64,000 nucleotides of DNA from Octopus vulgaris. Its lineage: Eukaryota. Positions 40,128 through 53,984 of this stretch are shown in pieces; within the stretch, counting starts at the first letter, position 1, and each line of letters opens with the position of its first letter. The stretch spans positions 12,214,001-12,278,000 of the forward strand of contig OX597826.1 in the NCBI GenBank assembly GCA_951406725.2, read 5' to 3'. A model generated the notes under the pieces. It was given only the letters and a program-made list of their open reading frames with translations, was not told the origin of the DNA and searched no databases. Made by a program: the position numbers and the translations under genes.

Positions 40128-40750
40128 ATTACTAATATATATACGTATATATCATATAACTGTTACTCCAAAATTAAGAATATCATTACACGTGGTCAGC
40201 ACCAAGAGCCTATATCTAACTGTAACTGTCGCAAACTAGGATCCTGTCCACTTGACCAACGATGTACGATTAAATCTATCATATATGAGGTAGAATTCAC
40301 TGCAACCCTAAATAATAATACAACAGATAAGAAGACCTATATTGAATTAAGTGAAGCTGTCAGTAACAAATGTGGTATATACGTCAACCTAATTGAGGGA
40401 CCAGAGTTCTTTTTCAAACAGGGTCAACGTTTTACAGTGAAAAGCAACTTCACGTGTTCTTCGGAGAACCTGATATATGTATTAACTTGTTCTGGGTGTC
40501 GAGAGAAATACATACGCCAAACCAAAATCAGTCTACGTCAAAGAATGGCTCTACATAGATCCCAGATCATAATTCGGAAATAGAGAAAAATAGCATTTAG
40601 CGGATACATCGACATTTGCGCCTATAACAAACAACCCACCTTCAGAAATCTTTCCTCTCTATAAATTCAGGAACGTTGCAACCTGTAGTCAGCGCATTAG
40701 TAAAGAATCATACTTTATCACAAAATATAAACCCATTTTGAATGCGTCCA
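40128..40750 (+). pseudogene. Penelope-like GIY-YIG endonuclease remnants (two types, fused)
   Basis: ISYNCYSKIKNII...CNCRKLGSCPLDQRCTIKSIIYEVE...KTYIELSE, then KCGIY...FTCSSENLIYVLTCSGCREKYIRQTKISLRQRMALHRSQI; after a stop and frameshift ...KESYFITKYKPILN. Confidence 0.85.
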
Positions 40751-40942
40751 CCACAAATGGTTCCATTACAAGGGCCGTAGAATGATACCCACGGAAATAT
40801 TGAAAACGATATATTCAGAACAGACACTATCCATGAATTTGTTGAGAACAGTAGGAATAACTACCACTACAACCACTTATAGATCACTTGACCATTTAAG
40901 AGGATTCCACCAACATCCTACTACTGTCATACCACTCCTGCA

Positions 40943-41048
40943 TTCTTCGTCATCATCATCGTCGTCGTCGTCTTCTTCTTCTTCTTCTTCTTCTTCTTCT
41001 TCTTCTTCTTCTTCTTCTCCTTCTTCTTCTTCTTCTTCTTCTTCTTCT

Positions 41049-41082
<34 letters not shown>

Positions 41083-41092
41083 GCCGCCGCCG
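40943..41092. repeat. (TCA/TCG)n-(TTC)n-(ATT)n trinucleotide array
   Basis: Directly visible. Confidence 0.95.
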
Positions 41093-41753
41093 CATCCTTT
41101 CACAGCTACTACTGCTGCTTAAACAATAAAAAACAAGAATTCATATCAAATATTAGGACTACTACTACCTACTGCCCACTACCTAGGACTCACATGAGTA
41201 AAAAAGAGAGAGACAGAAAAAAGGAAAATGTCCTTTGCATTTGAAAACTATGGAAATATTTTTTTAAATATTTCATTTAATTTTTCCACAATTTAATTGC
41301 TTTTCATGCTTTACTCTAAGTTGAAAAAGTCGAAAAGGCTGAAACCGGTACTAAAGTATTCTTCATGATAAAATTATTGTAGCATTTTCTACCTTGTCTT
41401 ATTTTGCTTATACACATCGACTGGCGTGTTCCTTTGCAAAAGTCTGGATACACATACACACACATACATTGTTGTGTGTATGTATGAATGTATGTATGCT
41501 CATGTGTATGCTTGCTTGTGCGTGTATATACAACTCCGTGTTTGCGTTGGTCTCTCACGTTCGCGAATAGGTTTTGATTTGTTTATCTTGTAACATAGCA
41601 ATTTGTCAAAAGGAACCAACAGAATCTCGAATGCTCAACGGATTGCAGCCTCGCAAATGCTCAATGGGAATCCCTCCCAAAACCAAGCGGTTGTTAGCAT
41701 CCCTTATATATCCACACATCTATCAGTCTTAAATTCAATATTTCTTTAAACCT

Positions 41754-41970
41754 AAGGTGGCGAGCTGGCTGAATCGTTACAGCGCCGGGCAAAATGCTTG
41801 GCAGCATTTCGCCGGTCTTTAAGATCTGAGTTCCAATTCCGCAGAAATCGAACTTTGCCTTTCATCCTTTCGGAGTCAATAAAATAAGTATCAGTTGAGC
41901 ACCGGAGTCGATCTTTTCGACTTAGTCCTTTCATCGAAATCATTGGCTTTGTGCCATAATCTGATACCAA
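41754..41970 (+). mobile_element. SINE family B monomer, diverged
   Basis: Head and core recognisable. Confidence 0.8.
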
Positions 41971-42439
41971 TATTTCTTTAAACATATCATTCATTAACCT
42001 CTTTTGTTTTCTTATAGAACAAAGCATCTTGTATTTTGGAGTATTCTCTACTCTTAACTTTGGCATCATTAATATCTCCATCCCTACTGTTCACAAATAT
42101 AAACTTTACCCAGCATTAATTTTACTTTATTAGCATCATCTTTGTTGCCTTTATTGTGTTATTCATAGCCAGAAACACTATACTTTCAACTGTCAGTTGA
42201 AACACTCCTGTCACAACATGGGACCTTGAAGACTGCTTTTATGCAAGAAAGTATACTACTCCCTAAATATTTGATATTCAATATTTCATCTATTCAATAA
42301 GACAATCAATACTTCATTTCATTTTACTATATATACTATTTATACTATATATTCTATATTCTACATTAATATTATAAAGAATATAAATAAAACATAAAAA
42401 AACAGACAGAGCTGGAATTCCTTTGAATAATATATATAA

Positions 42440-42816
42440 CCAGCCACATGGTTCCGGGTTCAGTTCCACTGCGTAGCATCTTGGGCAAGTGTTTTCTGCT
42501 ATAGCCGCGGGCCGACCAAAGCCTTGTGAGTGGATTTGGTAGACGGAAACTGAAAGAAGCCTGTCGTATATATGTATATATATATATATGTGTGTGTGTG
42601 TGTATGTTTGTGTGTCTGTGTTTGTCCCTCTAGTATTGCTTGACAATCGATGCTGGTGTGTTTACGTCCCCGTCACTTAGCGGTTCGGCAAAAGAGACCG
42701 ATAGAATAAGTACTGGGCTTACAAAGAATAAGACCCGGGGTCGATTTGCTCGACTAAAGGCGGTGCTCTAGCATGGCCGCGGTCAAATGACTGAAACAAG
42801 TAAAAGAGTACAAGAG
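42440..42816 (+). mobile_element. SINE family A, 5'-truncated
   Basis: Near-identical to the 36998 copy; TSD TAATATATATAA at 42428-42439 and 42817-42828. Confidence 0.93.
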
Positions 42817-43794
42817 TAATATATATAAAGTCGTTTGCACATAAAAGTAGCTTGCTGGTGGGAGCATGTACTCCGCATTCGTTAATTGTTTGGGGGTCCT
42901 GTTTTTGCGTGCAGAGGAAGATAGCCACAAAAGCCCACCATTACACTATTACTATCTAATATCTACATCAATAAATCCAGTAATCCACTACGTTTCGGAT
43001 GATCTAATGTCCAATAATACTCATTGAAATAGGACTTAATAAACTAAAAAAGAAAAAAAAGTCAAGCATAAGCTATTTTCTTTTTATTTAACTGTATGTA
43101 TTAATAACTACTGAAGCGGAATTGTATAAAACATTAAAGGACATTACTCCAGTGTTAATTAAAAAATAACCCAGTGAAAAATACAATCAAAGAGAATTAA
43201 TGAATCACAGTTGTGGTGCATCTAACAACAAGAAGCGCTCAATAACTGCGACGAAGCTTAGACGGTGACAAGTTTCCGGTTAGGGAAAACTGCCCGAAAG
43301 ATGAAGAGGCTTGTGCTCGCAATACGGTCATGCAGTAAACACTTATTAATGGATGAAAATTATGAAATACTCCATAGGTGTTTAATATAAAATTGTAAGC
43401 TTGAAAGAACGTAGCCTTTTCATCTTTTTCAATATAGAATTTAAAAGAAGCAACAGTGAATATATTGGAAGCAAATATGTATGTATGCGTGTGTGTGTGT
43501 GTGTGTGTGTGGGAGCGATAAAGAGATAGAGAGAGAGAGAGAAAGAAAGAGTGAGAGAGAGTGTGTGTGTATGTTTGTGTGCGTGTGTGTTTGTATATAA
43601 TGAAATTGGTTCCGCAATCCACATTAGCTGTTCATGGATTCAAAAAGTGGTAAGTTAATATCTGTTGCTTTGCTTCGGTGATGGAAGAAACTGAACGTGT
43701 CTTACTGCTTTTAAATCTAAATTCATTCTCCTCAGCGATGGAGTATTAATCTATGTGCTCAGGACGAGATGTATTTGTTAAGACTTTCTGTCTG

Positions 43795-43852
<58 letters not shown>

Positions 43853-44314
43853 TCTTCATTAATCAGAAGAAGGTTTTATCACTACCAAAGCGCTTTATTT
43901 GATTCTTCTAATGAAACCCATTCGCTCATAAGAATCAACCCCATTATTTATAGAATACCTCTTGTTAGCTTGGGACGTTTATATTAATTAGCAATGAAAA
44001 TCGATAGAAATACCAGAGCTAAATTAATCACTGTAATTTGTCACAAGAAAATTTTAATCACTCTTGGTTAATCTATGCTCTTCTCTAAGAAGTTAATATA
44101 TTTTTATCTTTCTGTTATTCCTCTTCCCGTTTCTGATATTCTAATGTATGTGTTTATACCTCTAGATAAATATCGATCTTTTAAATAGGAAATAAATGTG
44201 CTTTTATTCCTTTTAATCGCATCATACTTAATTTAGTTTAAGATAATTGCTATTTTAATAAAATCATACAATGGTATTTAGTTATGTTAAGCAAATTGTC
44301 CTCTCGGTGGCACA

Positions 44315-44710
44315 AGACGGAAGACGTACAGAGCATTTGAAAAGAAGACAGATGCCTTTGAAGTGTGGGCCTCTTGTTGAGTGGGTGGAATAACTTGCAA
44401 AGACAGGGGAATAAACACTATGGTACTGCAAATGCTGACAGTTCAAAGAAACGTATCGTCGACAATCAAGTCCACAGAGCTTTCATACTTAGGACATACT
44501 GTACACCACAAATCATTGCCCAAGACCAACCTAGTAGAGGAAGAGATCAAAAGGATATGAAACATGGTTTGTAATCAATGGTTTCACAAAATGGTGTGAA
44601 AACAAAAGTTTAGCTGATTGTACGCATGCAATACAATACACAGGGAACTGAAGATTCTTGGAAAACAAAATAATGGACAAATGTATATCAACTAGCTGAT
44701 GGCTAAGGAT
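44315..44710 (+). mobile_element. Old RTE LINE 3' coding remnant
   Basis: EKKTDAFEVW and TIKSTELSYLGHTVHHKSLPKTNLVEEEIKG resemble the RTE C-terminal motifs (AFEMW; KL.YFGH). Confidence 0.6.
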
Positions 44711-45720
44711 TTAGCTAATAGTTATACCGTAAAGATTTACGTACCTCAAACAAAACTAAAAGAGCGCAAATGACAATCTTACCTCAGTTTGCTCTGTACC
44801 GAGTGAATATTGTCTCTCAGTGATGTAGTTTCACGTATTTACTTGACTTATTTCTTTAGTGTTAGTTGAACTACTTGTTCTAGTACGTATTAAAGACGTG
44901 ATAAACTGCTTATCCCCCAAATATTGATTAACTGATCTTATTGCAATTGTCTACTTTCCTTCATCTTTCTATATTTTAAGTATTACGAAAAGGTTTTGTA
45001 AACTAATTGCGTGGGTAGTCAAAGTTGACCGAAGTTTTTCCAGTTTGGCGCATAACATATGGGGCTCCATGTCGTAGCTGGACAAAACTAGGTTTCTGGG
45101 AGCATATGAATGAGTTTATATAGAAATAATTGGATTTATACAGCAATATATAAGTATATAAGTATTTTACTATATATATGCATATGCGCGAAAGCACATT
45201 TATACACTAACGCGAACAAACATATACACAGACACATACACAAACGTACATACACAGGCAGACACGCGAGCACACACACAAACTCGTGCGCGCATATATA
45301 TATATATATAAGTTCAGCAAAATTTAGATTCAGATGAATATGGTACTTAAGTTAAATGCACCAGAATTTTGTATAGTATTATCCATATAAATCAAATGGG
45401 GTGAATGAAGAAGCATGAAACAATTGTACTACTCTACCTTGGATATCCTTGTTGCTTATTTGTATATATATATATATATATATATTAATGAAAGTAAAAT
45501 AATTTGTGTTACAGCAAGGTGAAACTGGAGACGTGAAATAAAATCTCATTTCAGCTTCAATATAAAATTTTATCCTCTATAACATGTATTGAGCACGTTT
45601 CTCTCATCCAGCCAACATAACCCAACATATGTATATACATTTGCATATATGCGTATGTATATGCGTGTGTATGTGTGTTTTATTGAGTGCGTGTTTGTGC
45701 GTGTGAGTGTGTATTAGATA

Positions 45721-45779
<59 letters not shown>

Positions 45780-45833
45780 TATGCATATATATATATATAT
45801 ATATATATATACTTATAAATACATGCATATATA

Positions 45834-45869
<36 letters not shown>

Positions 45870-46894
45870 GTTATAAATACATAGGCACACAACACAGGCA
45901 CATATATGTACATATCTCTGTCTAAGTGTAGAGAGAACGAGTGAGGGAGATGAAGAAAGAAAGTTTTTATATTTATAATACATTTATATGTAATCCATAC
46001 AAGCACATACATTTATGCATGCTTGTGTCTGCGCATGTGTGTGCGTGTGTGTGCGCGCGTGTGTGTGTGTGTGTGTTGCATGAAGAATGCGTATCTACTT
46101 ACGTATACCAACGGAAATGCAATCACTTACGTACAATAGCCCGACATAATAGTTGGACAAAAGTGAAAGAAATCAGACCTGACCTTATAGACTAAAGGTC
46201 AACAAGATAATGTTTTCAACGTTAATTTTCTTCTTTTCTTCAAGTATTGCTGTCTAGTTCAGAGAATTCAATTAAGTCGTTTCGCTTTTAATGCAAAATT
46301 TACTCTATCAAAATAGTACGATCGCTCCATATTTCATATAATAATCTCATAGACAAGAGAAGCGTTACTCAGTTTAGCTAATAGATTATAAGGTAGGTAA
46401 ATGTGAATTATTGTAGTGACTATAATACTTTCCTTTTTCTTTGTCTCTTTTCATTGGAAAGATTCTGAGAAATATTTCTGAAAGGTCTAATGTCTTTGAA
46501 TAATTTCATAAATCACAATTATCTATCTAACACTAAATATTATAACTCTGTAGCGGTATGCGACTGACCAATATCTATGGTTCTATTATTCGTATTTCGA
46601 TAATTTGCGGAAATTTCAATTATTATATTTTGACCTACGCTTGCTTGACACAACATCTGACGTGGATTTGTACCTTTGAAACATCATCCACTCTACTTGT
46701 TTGATAATTTGATAAAATAATTCATAATAGAGCTAACATTTTCTGTCTTTGGTTCTGAGCTATGATAAAGAGATATATAGGTGATGAGGAAAATGGGGAG
46801 CTGGTGGGTTTTAAACTTACGAAATCAATGTCTTAGGAATGATATTACCATCGCAATTTCCTGGTCCTTGGAATTAATAAGCTTAATCAATGTG

Positions 46895-47199
46895 CAATTC
46901 TTTGTTCTTTCTCGAGCCATGCCTGGCTCATAGGGCCGGTTTCCCGGTTTCATTGGCGTATAGGTTCCCCACCTGGACGGGACGCCGGTCTGTCGCAGAT
47001 GAGCTGCAAGATACAGGAGGAAAGAGTGAGAGAAAGTTGTGGCAAAAGAGTCAGCAGAAGTTCGCCATTACCTTCTGCCGGAGCCGCGTGGAGCTTAGGT
47101 GTTTCGTTCATAAACACACATATCGCCCAGTTTGAGATTCGAACTCGCGATCCTTCGACCGGGAGTCCGCTGCTCTAACCACTATGCCATGTGCCTCCA
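46895..47199 (-). mobile_element. SINE family C head with tail type 3 (V-domain-like)
   Basis: Minus strand contains CTGCGACAGACCGGCGTCCCGTCCAGG; TSD AATCAATGTG at 46885-46894 and 47200-47209. Confidence 0.88.
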
Positions 47200-48933
47200 A
47201 ATCAATGTGAAACTACGTCCAACTAAATGTAGATGAGTTAACTTAGAGAGAATTTATGAAGTAATTCGACCTGCTAAAAACGGGAGCCAAGAATCTTGAA
47301 TCATCACATCTTAATATCTTTGAAATGGGATAAATATTGGATGATGCAGGCCAACAGATTTTGTCAGGAAAAATGACTGTATGGTCAGGTTAGAATTCCT
47401 TGAAACCTAGATGAATCTGTTGGAACAAGACTAAGGTAGGTGAAAATAACGTTAACTAATTACGTTGATCTATATTTAAATAATCAACACCTTAAACGAT
47501 AATCCTCTCTAATACCTATGTGAGATATGTATAGCTTAGTTTAAATTCATCTTTATTTTTACTTCTTTTATTTTCTTCGGTGTATTGGCACAAAGAAGAA
47601 TTTTAGAATATGGTAGCAAAAACGTTCTGGTTTCGTGTCTAATTTATAAAAATATTTTTTTGTTACTACAAATCAGTGGTTATTTGGTTATTTACGAACG
47701 AATGTCATTCAACTCTCTTATCTACATGATTAAACACTTGTCAGATGTTTTTATATCTGGGTAGCTACCCTGTGTACATCAATGCATTATTTTTCCCGTG
47801 TTAAATGATATTGTGTACTGGTCTCCGACTTAATGGCTAACAATAGTCAACAGATAATAATAGCTACTACTTGAAGCATTGATAAGCCAATCAATCAATC
47901 GATTAGTGGAAATAGTCAGAAGCAATATCAACTAAAACGCAGCAATCAAATTATATAAAAATACCAATTGAAAATAACAATAAAAGGCATTAAAAATATC
48001 ATTGACATCCCGATAATTAAACTATCGATCTGAAGCAAGAAATCATCTGAAAAATAAATAAATAAATTTCTTATGATGGCATCATACTTATATAAGGCAA
48101 AATCGATTTTATTCATTTCAGCACCAGCTATATTAATTTTATAGTCTTTGAACACAGGATTTCCTAATTAAGCTATTTATTGTTTATTTACTTTTTTTTC
48201 GTATTGAGTTCGGGAAAAAAGAAAACAATGCATTAGGAACCTAATGACAATCATTCTCACCTCATGGAGGTTTCCCGACTTATTTCATGCAGTTTCGATG
48301 TGCAGTCGATAAATAGAATGCTTCAAGGCTTTGCATTCGAAAACTATATTTTACAATTATAGTTTACTGGAACAATTGCTGTTTAACACATTTATACACG
48401 AAAAACTTGAAATTAGTTCATTTAAAAGCAATATTATTTGTGTAGTCTGAAGGCGGCGAGCTGGCAGAAACGTTAGCACCCCGCTCGAAATGCTTAGCGA
48501 TATTAGATACATATGCACACGCGTGCGTGTGTGTGTGCGTGTGCATGTATATAAATATATACACGTTATATCTATTTATCCACTCATAACGCATACATAC
48601 ATTCTCTCTCTCTCTCTCTCTCTCTCTCACAAACATACACACAAATATATATGCATGTATGTATACGACAAAGTATAAATAATGGTCATTATGTATTCTT
48701 TTATTGTAGTAAATTTGACTTACAGCTGTTTCCGATATTCATCATAGGTTTCTTCATTGATCGGTTTACTAAGTCGGACCATTGCTTGGTTATATATTTA
48801 TGTAAAGCAAATCTAAGAATTGAAGATATTATATTGTATTTATACCTTAATTCCTTTCATTTCAGTAATACCTGGTTCAGATCATTCGTGAATATAAATG
48901 ATAGGGGAATATTACATTATATTAGAATGATAA

Positions 48934-49505
48934 AGGCGGCGAGCTGGCAGAATCGTTAGCACGCCGGGCGAAATGCTTAGCGGTATTTCGTCTGCGTTAC
49001 GTTGTGAGTTCAAAATCCGCCGAGGTTGACTTTGCCTTTCATCCTTTCGGGGTCGATAAATTAAGTACCAGTTACGCGCTGGGGTCGATGTAATCGACTT
49101 AATACCTATGTCTGTCCTTGTTTGTCCCCTCTGTGTTTAGCCCCTTGTGGGTAATAAAGAAATAGGTATTTCGTCTGCCGTTACGTTCTGAGTTCAAATT
49201 CCGCCGAGGTCGACTTTGCCTTTCATCCTTTCGTGGTCGATTAAATAAGCACCAGTTACGCACTGGGGTCGATATAATCGACTTAATCCGTTTGTCTGTC
49301 CTTGTTTGTCCTCTCTGTGTTTAGCCCCTTGTGAGTAGTACAGAAATAGGTATTTCGCATGTCTTTACATTCTGAGTTCAAATTCCGCCGAAGTCGACTT
49401 TGTCTTTCATCCTTTCAGGATCAATAAGATAACTACATGTTGAGCACTGGGGTCGATGTAATCGATCATCCGTCTATTCCAAACTATCAAGCCTTATACC
49501 TATAA
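48934..49505 (+). mobile_element. SINE family B, trimeric
   Basis: One head, then body units starting GGTATTTCG at 48982, 49165 and 49349. An isolated head also lies at 48451-48500. Confidence 0.93.
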
Positions 49506-50097
49506 TACAAAGTGCAATACATTTCAATAATATACGAATAATCTATATTCATTTCATCAGACAATGGTCGTATTTGTTCTATTACCACATTGTCTTAAAC
49601 GATGAACACATGCATTTCTATATTCGAATCTATATTGATGAAGAAGTGCATGTGGTATGCGAGTACACATATGCAAGATTGATTCCAGAAAATTAGCAAT
49701 TGTTGCTAGGAGACTGTGTCTGATGACACAAGGTCGCATCTAATCGGATGAAAAGTAAAGAAATCATTTCGTCTACCATTTCTGCACTCATGTCGGTCGA
49801 CAAGGTACGTGAGTATAGAAACAGAGATATTTTGATTTTAAATGCATCGACTGTACCTATGCATATATACAGGCTTCGTTATCCGTCTGTCTACCTCTCT
49901 TCACACATACACTCACTCACACACATTTAAATATATATATATACCTATTTACATATACAGATAGTTTCATATATATAGCCGTCGAGAGGTAGTCCCCGAA
50001 ACGGCGCGCATTCTCTCCTGATGACCCCATACACTTGCTAGCTTCCGGTATACGGAGCTTTTAACTGGTAGCACTTACAGGTGCAAGTTGTTTGCAA

Positions 50098-50131
<34 letters not shown>

Positions 50132-50974
50132 CATATACATGTATATTAGTTTTATATGTGCATACACACACACTACGCACACCAATATATATAGAAAGTG
50201 AGAGAGAGATGAGCGAGGGAGTGATATATATTTAGATATATATATACATACATATATGGGCTTGTGTGTCTGCATTTCTGTGTGTGTGAGTACTTGTGTG
50301 CGTGTATGTTTGTATGTCTTCATATCTGTATATCAGTGTGCGTGTGTGTGTCCATGTGTTTGTGAGTTTGTGAACGCCTGTGCAGGAGAGGGAGGTAAAT
50401 TAAAACTGTCATTTTGTATCAAGTAGCGCGCAGCAGTCATGCTAATGTTTTTTTTTTTCTTTTGCTTTCCAAAATCTAAAAATACAAAGAACAGGAAGAA
50501 ATCACTTTCTATTCGAAACTTTTTTGTTGCAAATACACAAATTTCAAAACAATTATAAATAACGAACATGTGATTCTCATTGTAGGCATTGCAGGTTTCC
50601 TCGTTCACTTGCTTAAAAAGAAAACGACCATCCTCATATTCATGCTGCCATGAAATTAATAACAATATTCAGAACCAAAAAAGACTCGTGCTAAGTGTTC
50701 GTCAACAAATGGAACCGCTATATTTAACTCTAAACAATCATGCTACATGAATTTCCGAACAAGAACAAGCAGAATTTGACAAATACAAAAGCAAGAAGTT
50801 CCTACAAGTTACGAGTACAAAGAAACTAATGCATCAATGGATTTTTGGTATGGACATTACAGTAATGCGTTTGAACGACTGAAGTCATATTACAAACAAT
50901 GAGATGCTCACCATGAAGTTGCTCCATATGCTAATTGTAATATAGAAATGAGCTTTAGCCCATATACCTCCATG

Positions 50975-51403
50975 GGATCTTTTCGGTTTGAACGGCAGTT
51001 TTTAAAAATAATTTCTAGGTAACTAAAAAATTTTAAACTGTGTATACTGGTAGAATGTGTTTATAAAACATCTTTTTCTCTTGGCTTTATTGAGAAAATT
51101 CTATAGTTTGTAAGATATTTGTTGTTTTTTTCCTTCAATTTTTGCAATTTCAAACCAATCAATTACGTCCATTGAGGTAAAAAAAACATTCTGTGCCGTA
51201 TGAATATGTCCCTCGTTTAAGAAACAGATTGGATTTATTTACATTTGTGAAGAAAAAAAGATACCCTTCCCCCACCCATAACCCTAACCCTAACCCTAGA
51301 ACACAGATTGAAATGCAACAGATCGATACTAGGGTCATAATTATGGGTGACAATTTCATATGACACCGATAAAAAAAAACTGTCGTTCAAACAGAAAAGA
51401 TCC
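50975..51403. mobile_element. MITE with 29-bp TIRs and internal (TAACCC)3
   Basis: GGATCTTTTCGGTTTGAACGGCAGTTTTT ... AAAAACTGTCGTTCAAACAGAAAAGATCC (27/29). A second copy starts at 63925. Confidence 0.9.
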
Positions 51404-51889
51404 GCTAATTGTAATATCTAAATGAGCTTTAGCCCATATGCTACCATGTTATAAAATGTGCGACACATTGTCTACTCTACATGAAGGTACCCTTAAAAGA
51501 AACAGAATGTCACAGCCGGAATACAATTTATCGTCGGTGTCTTCGATTGGTCTTGAAAACAACTTGAAAATCAATATGACAATGTAGCCCCTATGTAGCT
51601 GCTCGACCTGTTACAAAATATCAGCTAATTATCAAATTATCAATGACTATATCTTAAAGGAAAGGAAACAATAAATTATGCAGCTCGAGATATATTACGT
51701 CTTAAAAACAAGAGATTAGTTCCGGAGTGTTGGAATTTCGTTGTCCAATGTTCGAGATGACCTGAGGGTGCATAACAACAGTTTATAGTGCTTTGTAGAT
51801 TTTGTTGTTAAAACACATTGGAGGTGAAGAATCTTATTGCGGACTTCGAAATAATTTTATCTGCAACTGAGGAGATATCTCTTTCTGCT

Positions 51890-52298
51890 ACAGATACAAA
51901 GGCTGAAGTTATGTAGGCGGGTGCTCCTTAATTAAATTGACCCCAGTGCTCAAATGGTACTTATTTCATAGATGGGAGGCGCATACGACCTCGTCGATAT
52001 TTGAACTCAGAACGTAAAGCCGAAAGTTATTACGCCAAGCACTTTGTCTGGCATGGTAACGATTCTTATTCCTTTATTGCTCACAAGGGGCTAAACATAG
52101 AGGGAGCAAGCAAGGACACACTAACGGATTAAGTCGATTACATCGACTCCAGTGAGTAACTGGTACTTAATTTATCGATCCCGAAAGGATGAAAGGCAAA
52201 GTCGACTTCGGCGGAATTTGAACTCAGAACGTAAAGCTGAAAGAAATTACGCCAAGCATTTTGTCTGACACAGTAACGATTCCGCCAGCTCGTCACCT
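51890..52298 (-). mobile_element. SINE family B, two diverged units
   Basis: Reverse-complement match to head, core and tail. Confidence 0.8.
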
Positions 52299-52952
52299 TT
52301 GGAAATTGCTTTAATGGTATTCGCTTATATGTTAACTTCACGAGTAGAAATTCAGGTGTCGAATAACAAAACGCGCATCATCGAGACTGACGGAAAATTC
52401 GCTAACATTACCCAACTTGCTGCCTTTTTTTTTTTAACAGAGCGTTGTATGTTCTTTGTAGAAGATTTGACTGTTATTTCTTGCATTAACTTTATTCTAG
52501 CCTTTGGTAACATGAATACGTCACTGTTCTTCATTCAGTGTGTAAACTAAGTAATACCGCACCAGCAAGTTCTGCGATATCTTTGGGCCCTCCTTTACGA
52601 AATATAAGAAGCATTCCCTAATAAAATTTACATTCTGTAACCAAGCTAGAAACAACCCAGTTTTACAAATAATCTCCTTAGACGAATAAGAAATAATATG
52701 CACGTATGTGTTTGATACAAGACATAATTATAACTCTTCAGTAAAATAACTGCAAAAGAGAAGAGCAAAATTTTAACTGGGAACGATACAGCATTTCAAC
52801 ATAATTGCAGTGCAATGACTGAAATTTTTGAAAATTACAAGAGACCAGTCTACAAGCAGGAAATGGCTAATTAATGCAAATCACTTATAAAAACGAGAAG
52901 CGAAAATAGTGAGATCGACTTTTTAAAGCAACAGATTATATAACATCTAAAG

Positions 52953-53313
52953 CAGTGGTACTCAACCGGAGTCCATACGACGCTTGGGAGTCCATAAAAG
53001 ATTTCTGTGTTAAATTTGTGCAGTAAATTACGTCTACTTCTACAATACACCAAATTTTTAATAATAGCTAATTACAAACATGTACTTTTTTACTCTTCTA
53101 CTTGTTTCAGTCATTTGACTGCGGCTATGCTGGAGCACCACCTTTAGTCGAGCTAATCGACCCCAGGACTTATTCTTTGTAAGCCTGGTACTTATATCGT
53201 TCTCTTATGCCGAACCGCTAAGTTACGGGGACGTAGACACACCATCATCAGTTGTCAAGCGATCCTGGAGAGACAAACACAGACACACAAACATACACGC
53301 ACACTCACACACA

Positions 53314-53372
<59 letters not shown>

Positions 53373-53618
53373 TACGACGGGCTTCTTTCAGTTTCCGTCT
53401 ACCAAATCCACTCATGAGGCTATAGTAGAAGACACTTGCACAAGGTGCCACGCAGTGGGACTGAACCCGGAACAATGTGGTTGGTAAGCAAGCTACTTAC
53501 CACACAGCCACTCCTGCGCCTCACAGGTTTTTTTTAAATAGCAAATGTCAATGGGAGCCCACCCTAGTAAAATAGGAATCAAAAGGTGTCCATAGCAAAC
53601 AATGCCTAAGAATCACTG
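52953..53618. mobile_element. hAT (Charlie-like) MITE interrupted by a SINE
   Basis: CAGTGGTACTCAACC ... CCTAAGAATCACTG termini; 8-bp TSD ATCTAAAG/TTCTAAAG. Confidence 0.7.
53090..53520 (-). mobile_element. SINE family A, full length with small internal deletion
   Basis: Ends ...cacagccactcctgcgcc, which is the head on the minus strand. Confidence 0.92.
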
Positions 53619-53984
53619 TTCTAAAGAAAGGCTGCCCTTAAGTAATATCACCACAAACAAAGGCTTTAAACAGGAGACCAATTACAACCTTGCAAATACA
53701 AAATATCTTAAACATTATTTTCACACTTACTTGGAAGGTGCACTCCAAATTTTAATACATTTATGGATAATAAAATAAAAGGCCATGTACATAAAGCGAA
53801 ATTGGTCCTACAGACAGAAGAATATTTTTTCTATCATTCAGTCTAATTCCAGTTAAGTGTGGAGAAACTTAATTCTTTGAAGTGTCAAAGATTCTAGAAT
53901 GAAAGTTATCAATTAACGGTGCTAAGCTGGATAGAAAATAAAGCCACAGACAGCAGTAACTGCATAACAAATATGTCCTTGGTT

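Noticed and set aside
48982-49505. Regular direct repeats suggesting a CRISPR-like array
   Set aside because: Units are ~184-bp SINE bodies with no unique spacers, in a eukaryotic context with no cas genes.
49979-50030. GAAAC and CTGATGA hammerhead words close together
   Set aside because: Order and stems do not assemble into a valid type I, II or III fold; at best a decayed relic.
51279-51298. Interstitial telomere or fusion site
   Set aside because: Only three units, and internal to a MITE.
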